Shown here piece by piece: positions 31,740-40,150 of a stretch of 64,000 nt of DNA. Numbering within the stretch: the first letter of the stretch is position 1; each line of letters opens with the position of its first letter. Location: NCBI GenBank assembly GCA_902787715.1, contig CADAHQ010000005.1:2576-66575 (forward strand), written 5' to 3'. The notes under the pieces are model-generated. The model saw only the letters and a list, made by a program, of their open reading frames with translations, did no database searches and was not told where the DNA came from. Source of the stretch: an uncultured Lachnospiraceae bacterium (GTDB taxonomy: Bacteria; Bacillota; Clostridia; Lachnospirales; Lachnospiraceae). Made by a program: the position numbers and the translations under genes.

Positions 31740-32863
31740 TACTGAATATCCCCCTGTTTCTTTTTATTTGCGAAAACCCAGCGTTTCTGCACCTGGAAGC
31801 TGATGACAAACAGGCACATGTCAACGCAGAATTTGACTACCGATTCCAAAATTCCCGCGGTCAGGCCGAACAGCTGCTCGGCGACGAGGTGAACAAGCAA
31901 AAACGATGCCGTCATCTGGCATATCGCCAGAATGTAGTAGCGCACCAGCGTTCCGCCGACGGAGCCGTCGCTTTTGAACACCACTTTGCGGTTTAAGCAG
32001 AAATTGACGATTGTGCTGACCACGCGCGCGCCGACGGTTGCAAGCGCGATGCGAAGCTTGCCGTCCTCCGTCCCCATGCCGGCTTTCTGAAGGCCCACAT
32101 TGATGAGGAAGAACAAAAGCGTATCAATCAGGAAGCAAATCAGGGACGCGCCTAAGAACTTTGCAAGAACCGAGGTCCCGACATGCTTGAAGATAATCTT
32201 GTAAATTCTCCACGAATCGCGGAAAGGATGAAAATGCGAGGATGCGTTGTCGTCGATGTAGACCGTGTCGATCACGACCTCCCGAAGCGCAATTTTCTTA
32301 TCCTTGAGAATCAAAAGCTGGTTCGTCTCGTACTCATAGCGCTCGCCGGCAATCTCGCCCATGAGCGGAAGATACTTCGCGGGAATGGCACGAAGGCCGG
32401 TCTGCGTATCGCTGATGCGGATGCCGCAGAGGATCCGAAACACGGCTTTCGTAATATTGTTGCCGTTGCGGCTTTTGAAGGGAACGTCGGGCTTACTGAA
32501 ATCGCGGACGCCCAGAACGACCTTGTCGCCCTCCTCAATCATTGCCTCCGCACAGGCGCGGATGTCTTTCGGCAAATGCTGCCCGTCGCCGTCCACGGTG
32601 ACCACGCCCTGGGAATCGGGCCGGTTCTCGGCAATGTAGGCAAATGCCGTCTTCATCGCGCGACCCTTGCCCTTGTTCACCTCATGGGTAAGGACAGTCA
32701 CGCCCTCCATGGCCGCCACCGTCTCAAAAGGTTTTTTATACTCCGCTGCGCTTCCGTCATCCACTACCACGACGTCGGTAAATCCTTCCGCGAGGATGCC
32801 CTTCACGGTGTTCACCATCTTCTCATCGGGATTGAGGGACGGAACGATGATTGTTACGTTCAC
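31739..32863 (-). CDS. family 2 glycosyltransferase fused to a GtrA-like membrane domain
   Basis: IIVPSLNPDE...VVVDDGS...DGDGQH (GT2 DxD region), followed by four helices with the GtrA-like NFCLNRKVVF motif. The stop overlaps the next start (TAATG). Confidence 0.85.
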   Translation of the reverse strand: MNVTIIVPSLNPDEKMVNTVKGILAEGFTDVVVVDDGSAAEYKKPFETVAAMEGVTVLTHEVNKGKGRAMKTAFAYIAENRPDSQGVVTVDGDGQHLPKDIRACAEAMIEEGDKVVLGVRDFSKPDVPFKSRNGNNITKAVFRILCGIRISDTQTGLRAIPAKYLPLMGEIAGERYEYETNQLLILKDKKIALREVVIDTVYIDDNASSHFHPFRDSWRIYKIIFKHVGTSVLAKFLGASLICFLIDTLLFFLINVGLQKAGMGTEDGKLRIALATVGARVVSTIVNFCLNRKVVFKSDGSVGGTLVRYYILAICQMTASFLLVHLVAEQLFGLTAGILESVVKFCVDMCLFVISFQVQKRWVFANKKKQGDIQ

Positions 32864-32882
32864 GTTGCCTCCGAATACTCTT

Positions 32883-33479
32883 TCATTCTACTGTAGTAGA
32901 ATCCTGTTTCTCCGCCACTTTCTCGTTGCAAATATCCGCGTACCACACAAGTTTTTTGTACATCACATTCTCAATCAGAATGCCGGCAATACCAAGTGCG
33001 ATACCGTCCAAAAGACCTGCCAGAACATCGGTCGGATAGTGAATACCGATGTAGAGTCTGGAAAAGCCGATCAAAAGAGCCAGTGCCAAAAGCGGTATGG
33101 AATAACGCTTCTTCAAAAACCTGCACAAGGCAACCGCCGATGCGATGCTCGCCGCCGTGTGCCCGGACGGGAACGACGGGTCGGTGGCTCTCTTTCCGAT
33201 CAGTTTAAGTCCTTCAATCACCTCATACGGTCTCACGCGACCTACCAGAGGCTTTAAAATCATGTTGTTCAAAATCAGGGACCCTAAAAGCGCAATGGCC
33301 GAGCATACGGCCGCTCTGCGGGTCTTCTTAAAGCACATCAGGACCGCCGTCAGAAGGATCCAGAAACTTCCCGCAGTTCCCAGATGCGTGATGTACGGGA
33401 AGAAATGATCCAGAATCCCGCACCGGATATGGTCCTGTATGTAAAGTAAAAAATCTGCGTCCAATGACAAAAAAGGCAT
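32883..33479 (-). CDS. PAP2-family phosphatase (undecaprenyl-diphosphatase type)
   Basis: KPLVGRVRP, PSGH and SRLYIGIHYPTD: the three PAP2 signature blocks. Confidence 0.85.
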   Translation of the reverse strand: MPFLSLDADFLLYIQDHIRCGILDHFFPYITHLGTAGSFWILLTAVLMCFKKTRRAAVCSAIALLGSLILNNMILKPLVGRVRPYEVIEGLKLIGKRATDPSFPSGHTAASIASAVALCRFLKKRYSIPLLALALLIGFSRLYIGIHYPTDVLAGLLDGIALGIAGILIENVMYKKLVWYADICNEKVAEKQDSTTVE

Positions 33480-33550
33480 GTTTGTACGCTCCCCTCGGCA
33501 GTTGGTCGGTATTTCCGTGCTTCGACAGCACTCCGCAAAACACCTATCAT

Positions 33551-33579
33551 ATTATACTCACAGGCAGGCAAAAAGGCAA
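33551..33579 (-). promoter_or_regulatory. sigma-A promoter of the PAP2 / GT2 cluster
   Basis: Minus strand: TTGCCT, 17 nt, TATAAT (plus-strand ATTATA at 33551-33556). Confidence 0.55.
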
Positions 33580-33629
33580 GAAAAAACCACCCAGTTAACA
33601 ATTTTGTAGGATTTGCGGCAATTACCCCA

Positions 33630-33670
33630 AAGACGCAACAAAGGCGCCCCCGACGAAATGCGGCAGCGCC
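33630..33670 (-). terminator. candidate terminator downstream of the esterase gene
   Basis: GGCGC / GCGCC stem with an inner CCG / CGG helix. On the minus strand it is followed by TTTGTTGCGTCTT. Modest stem. Confidence 0.35.
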
Positions 33671-33759
33671 CTTTTCTCTTGTTGTTCGGTTGTTTGAACG
33701 CCGGCTCATTGGCACGGTTGTTTGACTTCCGCCATCCGCCGGCTTTCCGCGGCCGCGGT

Positions 33760-34581
33760 TTACTCCGCGTGCTCCTTCGCGAAGGTCTCCGGCTCCAACG
33801 CCCAGGTGAGTCCCGTCACCAGGTGCGTTCTCCAGAACCGGAAATCATGCACGCCGGGGGCTGTCACGAACGTCGCCGGCACACCGATGCCATCGAGGAA
33901 TGCCTTGAAATCGCGGTTTGGCTGGATCAGGAAATCCTCCGTCCCGCAAGCCATGAACACGTCCGGAATCTGCGCGCCGGACTCCTTCAGATTGCGCACC
34001 AAAACCTCGGGGTTGATGTCTGTCTGCGCCGCCTTCTTCAAGTCGCCGAATACCCACGCATAATACTCGTAGTTCGCCATGCCGTTTGGCATATCCGGGG
34101 TCATAAACGCCAGACCGTTTTGAATAAGCGCCGACGAAAGCGCAATCACCTTTCCAAACGTCTCAGGATACAGAAAAGCCGTGTGCAGAGCGCCGAAGCC
34201 GCCCATGGAAAGACCGCCGATGAAGGTGTCCTCTCTCTTGTCGGAAAGTCCGAAGGTTTTTCTGGTGTATTCCACGAACTCCTCGCCCGCGAAGGTTGCG
34301 TACTGACAGCCCGTCTGCGGCTGGTTCAGATAGAAGTTGTTATCCCCGTTTGGCATAAAGAAATTCACGTTAAAACGGTTCGCGATTTCCCCAAGCGGCG
34401 CGTTCGTGTACCAGTCCGTGTCGCATCCGCTGAAACCGTGCAGCAGATACACATTTTTCGCAGGCCTCTTAAAGTGCGGGTTATTCTCGATCCCCCATGC
34501 TGCGTCATTACTCAAAACCACCGTAAAATGCGTTGGACGATCCAGCATTTTCGAAAAATACGTTCCTTGCAAGTTTGCCAT
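33760..34581 (-). CDS. esterase (esterase D / tributyrin-esterase-like alpha/beta hydrolase)
   Basis: ORF 33760..34623. ATG 34581 (MANLQG...) has AAGGAG 9 nt upstream. Nucleophile elbow GLSMGG. YLLHGFSGCDTDW is typical of this family. Confidence 0.78.
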   Translation of the reverse strand: MANLQGTYFSKMLDRPTHFTVVLSNDAAWGIENNPHFKRPAKNVYLLHGFSGCDTDWYTNAPLGEIANRFNVNFFMPNGDNNFYLNQPQTGCQYATFAGEEFVEYTRKTFGLSDKREDTFIGGLSMGGFGALHTAFLYPETFGKVIALSSALIQNGLAFMTPDMPNGMANYEYYAWVFGDLKKAAQTDINPEVLVRNLKESGAQIPDVFMACGTEDFLIQPNRDFKAFLDGIGVPATFVTAPGVHDFRFWRTHLVTGLTWALEPETFAKEHAE

Positions 34582-34718
34582 ATCACAAAACTCCTTACTT
34601 TCATTTTTCCGCGGTGCACGCACCCCGCCGCACCACGTTCATTATACCCTGCGAAACCGCGGGAATCAATCCTTTTCCGTTCCTTCGCCGGCCGGCATCT
34701 CTGGTCCGCGCAGGCATC

Positions 34719-35567
34719 TCACAGAAAAATCTCGCGGCAGATCTCTTCCGCCGCCTTCCGGCAGATGATATAACTGTTGATGACCGGCGTGTTGAAGTCC
34801 TTAAGGGGAATCGCCAGAAGCCGCCCCTCCTCGATGTATGGCCGCGCCATGTCCTGCGGAAGGAATGTGTAGGTGTCGCGGTTCAGAAGATAGGGCACGA
34901 TCTTCATACAGTCATCGATTTCAAAGGCAAACTGGTGGTATTTCGGAAACAGCTTGCGGATGTACTGCCCCACGTCCTGAAGTGCGAAATTGCACATAAG
35001 ATACCGCTCGGGCGACAGCTCCGCCTCCGCGATGCCGTCCCGGTACTTCGTATTGGCGCTGTCCGTGACAAGCACAAGCTCGTCCTGCTTGTAAATCGTG
35101 CAAACCAGCGAGCTCTTCTTGATGGGCCGGTAAGTGAACACCACGTCCAAAAGATCGTCCTGAATCTGCTCAAGCAAATGGTCTGTGAGGCCGATGGTAA
35201 TCTTCAGCGAATCCTTCGGATGGGAGTTTCGATGGGCAAGGATAATCGGCGCCAAATGCCCCTCGTAGATGGAGTCCGTGCTCCCGATGCGAAGGTACCG
35301 CTCGTACCGCGGAATCGCCGACATCTCTGCTAAGGACGCGTCCGTGAGCTCCACCACCTTCTCCGCATACACCGCAAACCGCTCCCCTTCCGCCGTGAGG
35401 CTGACTCTTCGGTTCGTGCGCTCAAACAGCCGTAGGGAAAGCTCCCTCTCCAGCTCATTAATGCGGTTCGTCACCGTCGACTGGGCGACGAAAAGCTGAT
35501 CCGCCGTCTTCGTAAAATTCTTATTCTCCGCAAGCGCCAAAAATGTCCGAATAGATTCGATGTCCAT
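34719..35567 (-). CDS. LysR-family transcriptional regulator
   Basis: N-terminal HTH MDIESIRTFLALAENKNFTKTADQLFVAQSTVTNRINELE. Divergent from the HMGL-family gene. Confidence 0.9.
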   Translation of the reverse strand: MDIESIRTFLALAENKNFTKTADQLFVAQSTVTNRINELERELSLRLFERTNRRVSLTAEGERFAVYAEKVVELTDASLAEMSAIPRYERYLRIGSTDSIYEGHLAPIILAHRNSHPKDSLKITIGLTDHLLEQIQDDLLDVVFTYRPIKKSSLVCTIYKQDELVLVTDSANTKYRDGIAEAELSPERYLMCNFALQDVGQYIRKLFPKYHQFAFEIDDCMKIVPYLLNRDTYTFLPQDMARPYIEEGRLLAIPLKDFNTPVINSYIICRKAAEEICREIFL

Positions 35568-35736
35568 ATTGCTGTCCTCCGTGATTGTGCCGGGTCATGA
35601 TTTCCCTATTCGCAGTTCGCCCGACTGTATTGATGCATTTACCGAATCATTGCTATTTAGATTATTCATTTTACAAATTATAGCGCGTGTGTTAAAACTT
35701 GTAAAGTACATTTCGAAAAGCACGGAGGAATACGTC

Positions 35737-37119
35737 ATGCGGGATTTGGAGCTCAGCAACAAAACGTTCAAACTGGAACAGGATCCGTACATCTATCAAT
35801 TGCAGGACACGCCGGAACCGGAGTTGTTCCGGGAGATGTTCCCTTACACCGAAACGCCCAAGATTGCGTTTAACTATCGCCGCGTTCCGGAAAATATGCC
35901 CGAGGACATCTTCATCACCGACACGTCCTTCCGCGACGGACAGCAGTCCCGCACACCCTACACCACAGAGCAGATGGTGCACATTTATAAGCTTTTGCAC
36001 AAGCTCGGCGGCCCGAAGGGCATGATCCGCCAGACGGAGTTCTTCGTGTACTCCGAAAAGGACCGTAAGGCATTAGAGGAATGTATGGCTTTGGGGTTTG
36101 AATTTCCCGAGATTACGACGTGGATTCGCGCCAACAAAAAAGATTTCGAGCTCGTCCGCTCCGTCGGAATCAAGGAGACCGGAATTCTCGTGAGCTGCTC
36201 GGATTACCATATTTTCCACAAGATGGGCTTAAACCGCCGTGAGGCTTTGGACCGGTACCTCGGAATCGTGAAAGACTGCATTGACGCCGGCCTTCGGCCG
36301 CGCTGCCATTTCGAAGACATCACCCGGGCCGATTTCTACGGTTTCGTGGTTCCGTTCGCTAACTGCCTGATGGATCTCTCCCGCGAGAGCGGCGTTCCGA
36401 TTAAGATCCGGGCCTGCGACACCATGGGCTACGGCGTTCCGTACCCCGGCGCAACCATGCCCCGCAGCGTCTCGGGCATCATTTACGGTCTGATGCACTA
36501 CTCCGAGGTCCCTTCGGAGATGCTTGAGTGGCACGGCCACAACGACTTTTACAAGGGCGTGGTCAACGCCACCACCGCCTGGATGTACGGCGCAAGCGCC
36601 GTCAACTGCTCACTCTTGGGAATCGGCGAACGCACCGGCAACGTCCCTTTGGAGGCCATGGTCTTTGAATACGCCTCCCTGCGCGGCCACTTAAACGGCA
36701 TGGACACCCGCGCCATCACGGAAATTGCGGAATACATCCAAAATGAGACCGGCTACGAAATCCCGCCCATGACGCCCTTCGTCGGCGCTAACTTCAACCT
36801 GACTCGCGCCGGAATCCACGCCGACGGCATGATGAAGAACCCCGAGATTTACAACATCTTCGACACCGAAGCCATCCTAAACCGCCCGCCGAAGGTGTCC
36901 GTCTCCAACACCTCGGGCCTCGCCGGCGTCGCCTACTGGGTCAACGACTACCGCAAAAAATTTGGCCTTCCCGAGCTTCCGAAGAACAACCCGCTGATCC
37001 AAACCATCTACAACTGGGTCTGCAGCGAGTACGACGCCGGCCGCATCACCATCATCAGTGACGGCGAGCTGGAAGCCAAATACCACGAGCTCACCGCAGA
37101 CGGCGCCGAGGACAAGTAG
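35737..37119 (+). CDS. HMGL-like family enzyme (2-isopropylmalate / homocitrate / Re-citrate synthase type)
   Basis: ORF 35560..37119. ATG 35737 lies 8 nt after GGAGG. ITDTSFRDGQQS and HGHNDFYKGVVNATTA metal-binding blocks. 460 aa with no LeuA regulatory domain. Confidence 0.82.
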   Translation: MRDLELSNKTFKLEQDPYIYQLQDTPEPELFREMFPYTETPKIAFNYRRVPENMPEDIFITDTSFRDGQQSRTPYTTEQMVHIYKLLHKLGGPKGMIRQTEFFVYSEKDRKALEECMALGFEFPEITTWIRANKKDFELVRSVGIKETGILVSCSDYHIFHKMGLNRREALDRYLGIVKDCIDAGLRPRCHFEDITRADFYGFVVPFANCLMDLSRESGVPIKIRACDTMGYGVPYPGATMPRSVSGIIYGLMHYSEVPSEMLEWHGHNDFYKGVVNATTAWMYGASAVNCSLLGIGERTGNVPLEAMVFEYASLRGHLNGMDTRAITEIAEYIQNETGYEIPPMTPFVGANFNLTRAGIHADGMMKNPEIYNIFDTEAILNRPPKVSVSNTSGLAGVAYWVNDYRKKFGLPELPKNNPLIQTIYNWVCSEYDAGRITIISDGELEAKYHELTADGAEDK

Positions 37120-37154
37120 TCCGCGAGTCTCCGCCCTGTTCAGCCAATCCTGAT

Positions 37155-37470
37155 GAGGCGCAGGGAAGAACCGCAGGATGACCCAGTGTCGGGCGGCTCC
37201 AGCCGACTAAGAGCCTTCTTCAACTGCATACCGGAGGCGTTTTTGCGGGGCTTGCACGCCGCCTTTGAACAAACATCAAGGAAGGCGGCGTGCTACGAGA
37301 GGCGCTTGCGCCTCTACACCGCGAGGCCGGTTGCGGGCTCGCGGATAACCTCAAAACGCCTCCATGCAGTCTCGAACGCTCTAAGTCGACTTCTGTGAGT
37401 GCAAAGCCTTGCACTCACAGAATACCGCAATGCCCTCCGCTGTGTCTCCTGCGGTTCTTCCCTGCGCCTC
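37155..37470. other. 316-nt branched inverted-repeat element (structured RNA or MITE-like element)
   Basis: Perfect 24-bp closing stem GAGGCGCAGGGAAGAACCGCAGGA (37155-37178) / its reverse complement (37447-37470). Nested helices: 37201-14/37378-91 (12 of 14), 37223-29/37364-70, 37233-43/37353-63 (11 of 11). Local hairpins: 37254-63/37284-93 (10 bp), 37298-37315, 37319-37344, 37393-37422 (13 bp). Confidence 0.6.
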
Positions 37471-37480
37471 GATATGATAC

Positions 37481-37513
37481 AAAAAAAGGGCGGAGTCCTC
37501 GCGGACTCCGCCC
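37481..37513 (-). terminator. intrinsic terminator of hsp20
   Basis: GGGCGGAGTCC-TCGC-GGACTCCGCCC (11 bp). On the minus strand it is followed by TTTTTTT, 78 nt after the hsp20 stop. Confidence 0.8.
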
Positions 37514-37590
37514 CTCTGGGGGTATCTGCTTTGTTCGTTGACACGAACGTCAAACCTGCAAATGTAACATTTTTCCAACGGGCCTAAGCG

Positions 37591-38034
37591 TCAGCCCTCA
37601 ATCTGAATGTATTTCTTCTCTTCCACCTTAGGCTGCGGCTCCTTCTTCGGAACCGTGACAATCAGGATACCGTTCTCGAACTTTGCCTTGATATCCTCCT
37701 CGGTCACCTCCTTGCCTACAAAGAAGCTTCTGCTGCAGGAACCGTAGAAACGCTCGCGACGAATGTAGTGACCCTTCTTGTCCTTCTCGTCGTCCTCGGT
37801 CTTCTTGGTGGCGCTGATGGTAAGATAGCCGTTCTTCAGCTCCGCTGTCACATCTTCCTTGCCGTAGCCCGGCAGATCGATATCGAGCTCGAAACCGTTC
37901 TCGGTCTCCTTTACATCGGTCTTCATTAATCCGTTTATCGGGCGGGCACCCGCGAACCCGGGCTTTGCCGGAGCACGGAACTCATCAAAGAAATCATCAA
38001 AAAGGTCTTCACCGAAAATGCTGGGCATAAACAT
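37591..38034 (-). CDS. Hsp20 / alpha-crystallin small heat-shock protein
   Basis: 147 aa. MKTDVKETENGFELDIDLPGYGKEDV...GYLTISA...ERFYGSCSRSF...AKFENGILIVTVPK is a canonical ACD. AGGAGG lies 8 nt upstream. Confidence 0.92.
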   Translation of the reverse strand: MFMPSIFGEDLFDDFFDEFRAPAKPGFAGARPINGLMKTDVKETENGFELDIDLPGYGKEDVTAELKNGYLTISATKKTEDDEKDKKGHYIRRERFYGSCSRSFFVGKEVTEEDIKAKFENGILIVTVPKKEPQPKVEEKKYIQIEG

Positions 38035-38200
38035 ATGTCATTCCTCCTTTACGTGCATTGCACGCTTTCTGAAGTAACTCGGGAATCGCGGTCCGGAATC
38101 GCTTCACGGGCAACTCGCGTTCGCCTCACGGCTCATCGTCGGTCCCCTGCGGGCTCCTCTCGGACTCCCTTCCTTTGTTCTGACTATGTTATACCACTTA

Positions 38201-38227
38201 TTAGCACTCATGTCAAGTGAGTGCTAA
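38201..38227. promoter_or_regulatory. CIRCE operator (HrcA binding site)
   Basis: TTAGCACTC-ATGTCAAGT-GAGTGCTAA: a perfect match to TTAGCACTC-N9-GAGTGCTAA, 167 nt upstream of the hsp20 ATG. Confidence 0.85.
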
Positions 38228-38298
38228 CAGTTTTTTGTGAATATTTTGTGTCTTCTCTTGTGTGTAATGTTTTTACGTCCTGTAACGACTGTCCGCGA

Positions 38299-39225
38299 CT
38301 ACAGCGCCCCAATCGCCGCAAGCGGGCTCATGCTCCGAAGCACGCCGTCCCGGATCTTGTCCTGAATCGTGAACGCCGCGTGCTGCAGATCCTCGTCCCC
38401 CGCGCACTCGGGGAAAGCTTCCTTCACAAGGAAGAGCAGCTCCGAACAAGCCTCGGGGATGGCATCGTCCGCTTCGCCCGCCAGGGTCTCCTGCAAAAGC
38501 GCCGTCAAGGTATCGCCGTCCCGATAATCCTCCAAGGCCCGCAGACACCATTTATAGTACGGCGCCGGCCGGTTGTGAATCCAGCAAAAGGCGCTGACCG
38601 CCGCCTTCGCAAACTCCGCTGCCGCCAGCTGCGCCGTCGCGATATCATTTCGCGCGAGACTTCGCGGGTAGTTGTACTCTCCCGTCTGGCTCATGCGAAT
38701 CAGATAGCCGCACAGCTTCTTCCGCTGCACATCCGCCGGCGGATTGCTCCAGGCTTCGCGAATCGCGGCAAATTCACCCAACCCGTCATGGAATACCTCT
38801 CCGTTGATGGTCTCCGCAAGTGCCACATCCGGCACGGACAAAAAGGCCCGCAAGCCCACCGGCGTCCCCGGGATTCCGGTCATCTGCCGATAGAAGTCCG
38901 CCGTGCGGAACACTCCGTGGCGATTGCCGCCCGCGGGATTGAAAAGGCTTCGCTTTAAGCCGCAGAACTCCTTCGGAAGCGACTCGTAGCCGCGCCCCAG
39001 CAGAAACTCCTGCCGCCGGCTCACCCGGTCTTCATCGGGCAGCCAGATGCAGAAGCCATGCTCAAAGTCGTGATCCTTCGACACCTCGTCGTCGTAACCG
39101 TAGCACTCCGAGCCCGGCCCCACAAGCCCCACCGCCACCAGCGGCAGAAGCTCCGGAAACCGCTCTTCCATCATCGGCTTTCCGTACTCTTCCCAAAATG
39201 CTCTCGCTATCTCAAGTCCCTTCAT
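38299..39225 (-). CDS. DUF4037-like nucleotidyltransferase-fold protein
   Basis: ORF 38299..39417. ATG 39225 (MKGLEIARAFWEEYGKPMMEERFPELLPLVAVGLVGPGSECYGYDDEVSKDHD...) lies 6 nt after GAGAGGAGA. The G-S ... D.D pattern is that of pol-beta-type NTases. Confidence 0.7.
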   Translation of the reverse strand: MKGLEIARAFWEEYGKPMMEERFPELLPLVAVGLVGPGSECYGYDDEVSKDHDFEHGFCIWLPDEDRVSRRQEFLLGRGYESLPKEFCGLKRSLFNPAGGNRHGVFRTADFYRQMTGIPGTPVGLRAFLSVPDVALAETINGEVFHDGLGEFAAIREAWSNPPADVQRKKLCGYLIRMSQTGEYNYPRSLARNDIATAQLAAAEFAKAAVSAFCWIHNRPAPYYKWCLRALEDYRDGDTLTALLQETLAGEADDAIPEACSELLFLVKEAFPECAGDEDLQHAAFTIQDKIRDGVLRSMSPLAAIGAL

Positions 39226-39238
39226 ACGAAATCTCCTC

Positions 39239-39991
39239 TCATTTGCCGCCGTTTGCGTAAATGTCCGCGGCGCGCTTCGAAAGCTCCTCCGCGTAACGGA
39301 ACCAGCCGTAGTAGGAGAAGACAGGGGCGCATTTGTCGCAGACGAAAGCGTAGTGGCCGCCATGCGCAAGGCCTTCGGTCTCCAGAAGATCGTGGGCCTC
39401 CGTAAGGCACTGATCAATCCGCTCGCAGGCGTCCGCCATGCCGTACGCAGCCTCTAAGAGGTTTGCGAGGTTCAGCTTTGTCACCGCAAGCTCCGGCTCG
39501 GCGCCCGGCACCTTCTTCATCACCGCGAGCGCCCGCTCGTAGGCTTCCTCCGCCCGGACGTACTCTTTCGCGTCGGCAAATGCCGTGGCCATATTGTTGT
39601 ACAAGCTCCCGAGCCGCGGGTCCGCGCCGCCTAAGTTGCTCTCATAAATATCGGCTGCCTTCGCAAACAGCGGAAGGGCGTCGTCCACTTTGCCGAAGGC
39701 CGTGTATACGGTGGCGCAGTTGATCATCACGGTGCCCTCCGAGACGGTCCCGCTGATGCCCTCGCGCTCCGCCGCCGCAAGCGCCGCCTTCGCGCAGGCA
39801 ATCGCGTCATCGCCCTCGCCACACCGGCGGTGCAGGCCCATTTTCTCGTTGTAGAGCGTAATCAGGCTGCGGGTGTCCCCAGTCTGCTTCGCCTCCGCAA
39901 TCCAGTACTCGAGGTGCCGCTTTGCCCCCGCAGTATCGTTGCTCTCAAAGTATCGGTCCAAACGTTCCATCACCCGGTCCATCGGAATCAT
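39239..39991 (-). CDS. tetratricopeptide-repeat protein
   Basis: ORF 39239..40033 (GTG). ATG 39991 has GGAAAGGA 7 nt upstream. Repeated A/Y/L-rich 34-aa helical pairs (..AEEAYERALAVMKK.., ..ALPLFAKAADIYES..). Confidence 0.7.
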   Translation of the reverse strand: MIPMDRVMERLDRYFESNDTAGAKRHLEYWIAEAKQTGDTRSLITLYNEKMGLHRRCGEGDDAIACAKAALAAAEREGISGTVSEGTVMINCATVYTAFGKVDDALPLFAKAADIYESNLGGADPRLGSLYNNMATAFADAKEYVRAEEAYERALAVMKKVPGAEPELAVTKLNLANLLEAAYGMADACERIDQCLTEAHDLLETEGLAHGGHYAFVCDKCAPVFSYYGWFRYAEELSKRAADIYANGGK

Positions 39992-40074
39992 AGGGCTGTC
40001 CTTTCCGCGCAGCGCGCATGTCCGCTTTTCCACCGCCGAAGCGGCGATTTCCTTTGCAACAGGTCCTTTTGTTA

Positions 40075-40103
40075 ATTATAGCATCCGCGGCATGCGCATG
40101 CAA
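40075..40103 (-). promoter_or_regulatory. promoter of the TPR / NTase pair (extended -10)
   Basis: Minus strand: TTGCAT, 17 nt (including the TG of the extended -10), TATAAT; i.e. TGCTATAAT as the extended -10 (plus-strand ATTATAGCA at 40075-40083). Confidence 0.5.
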
Positions 40104-40106
40104 TCG

Positions 40107-40134
40107 AAAAGCGGAGGTAAATGCCTCCGCTTTT
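40107..40134 (-). terminator. bidirectional intrinsic terminator ending the marR-ABC operon
   Basis: AAAAGCGGAGG-TAAATG-CCTCCGCTTTT, with A- and T-tracts on both sides, 17 nt after the ABC gene stop. Confidence 0.7.
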
Positions 40135-40150
40135 GATTCGTACCCTTTAC

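Noticed and set aside
37153-37587. Six overlapping 60-83-aa ORFs on both strands inside the branched inverted-repeat element.
   Set aside because: They are mutually overlapping and lack RBSs. They are explained by the GC-rich palindromic sequence itself.
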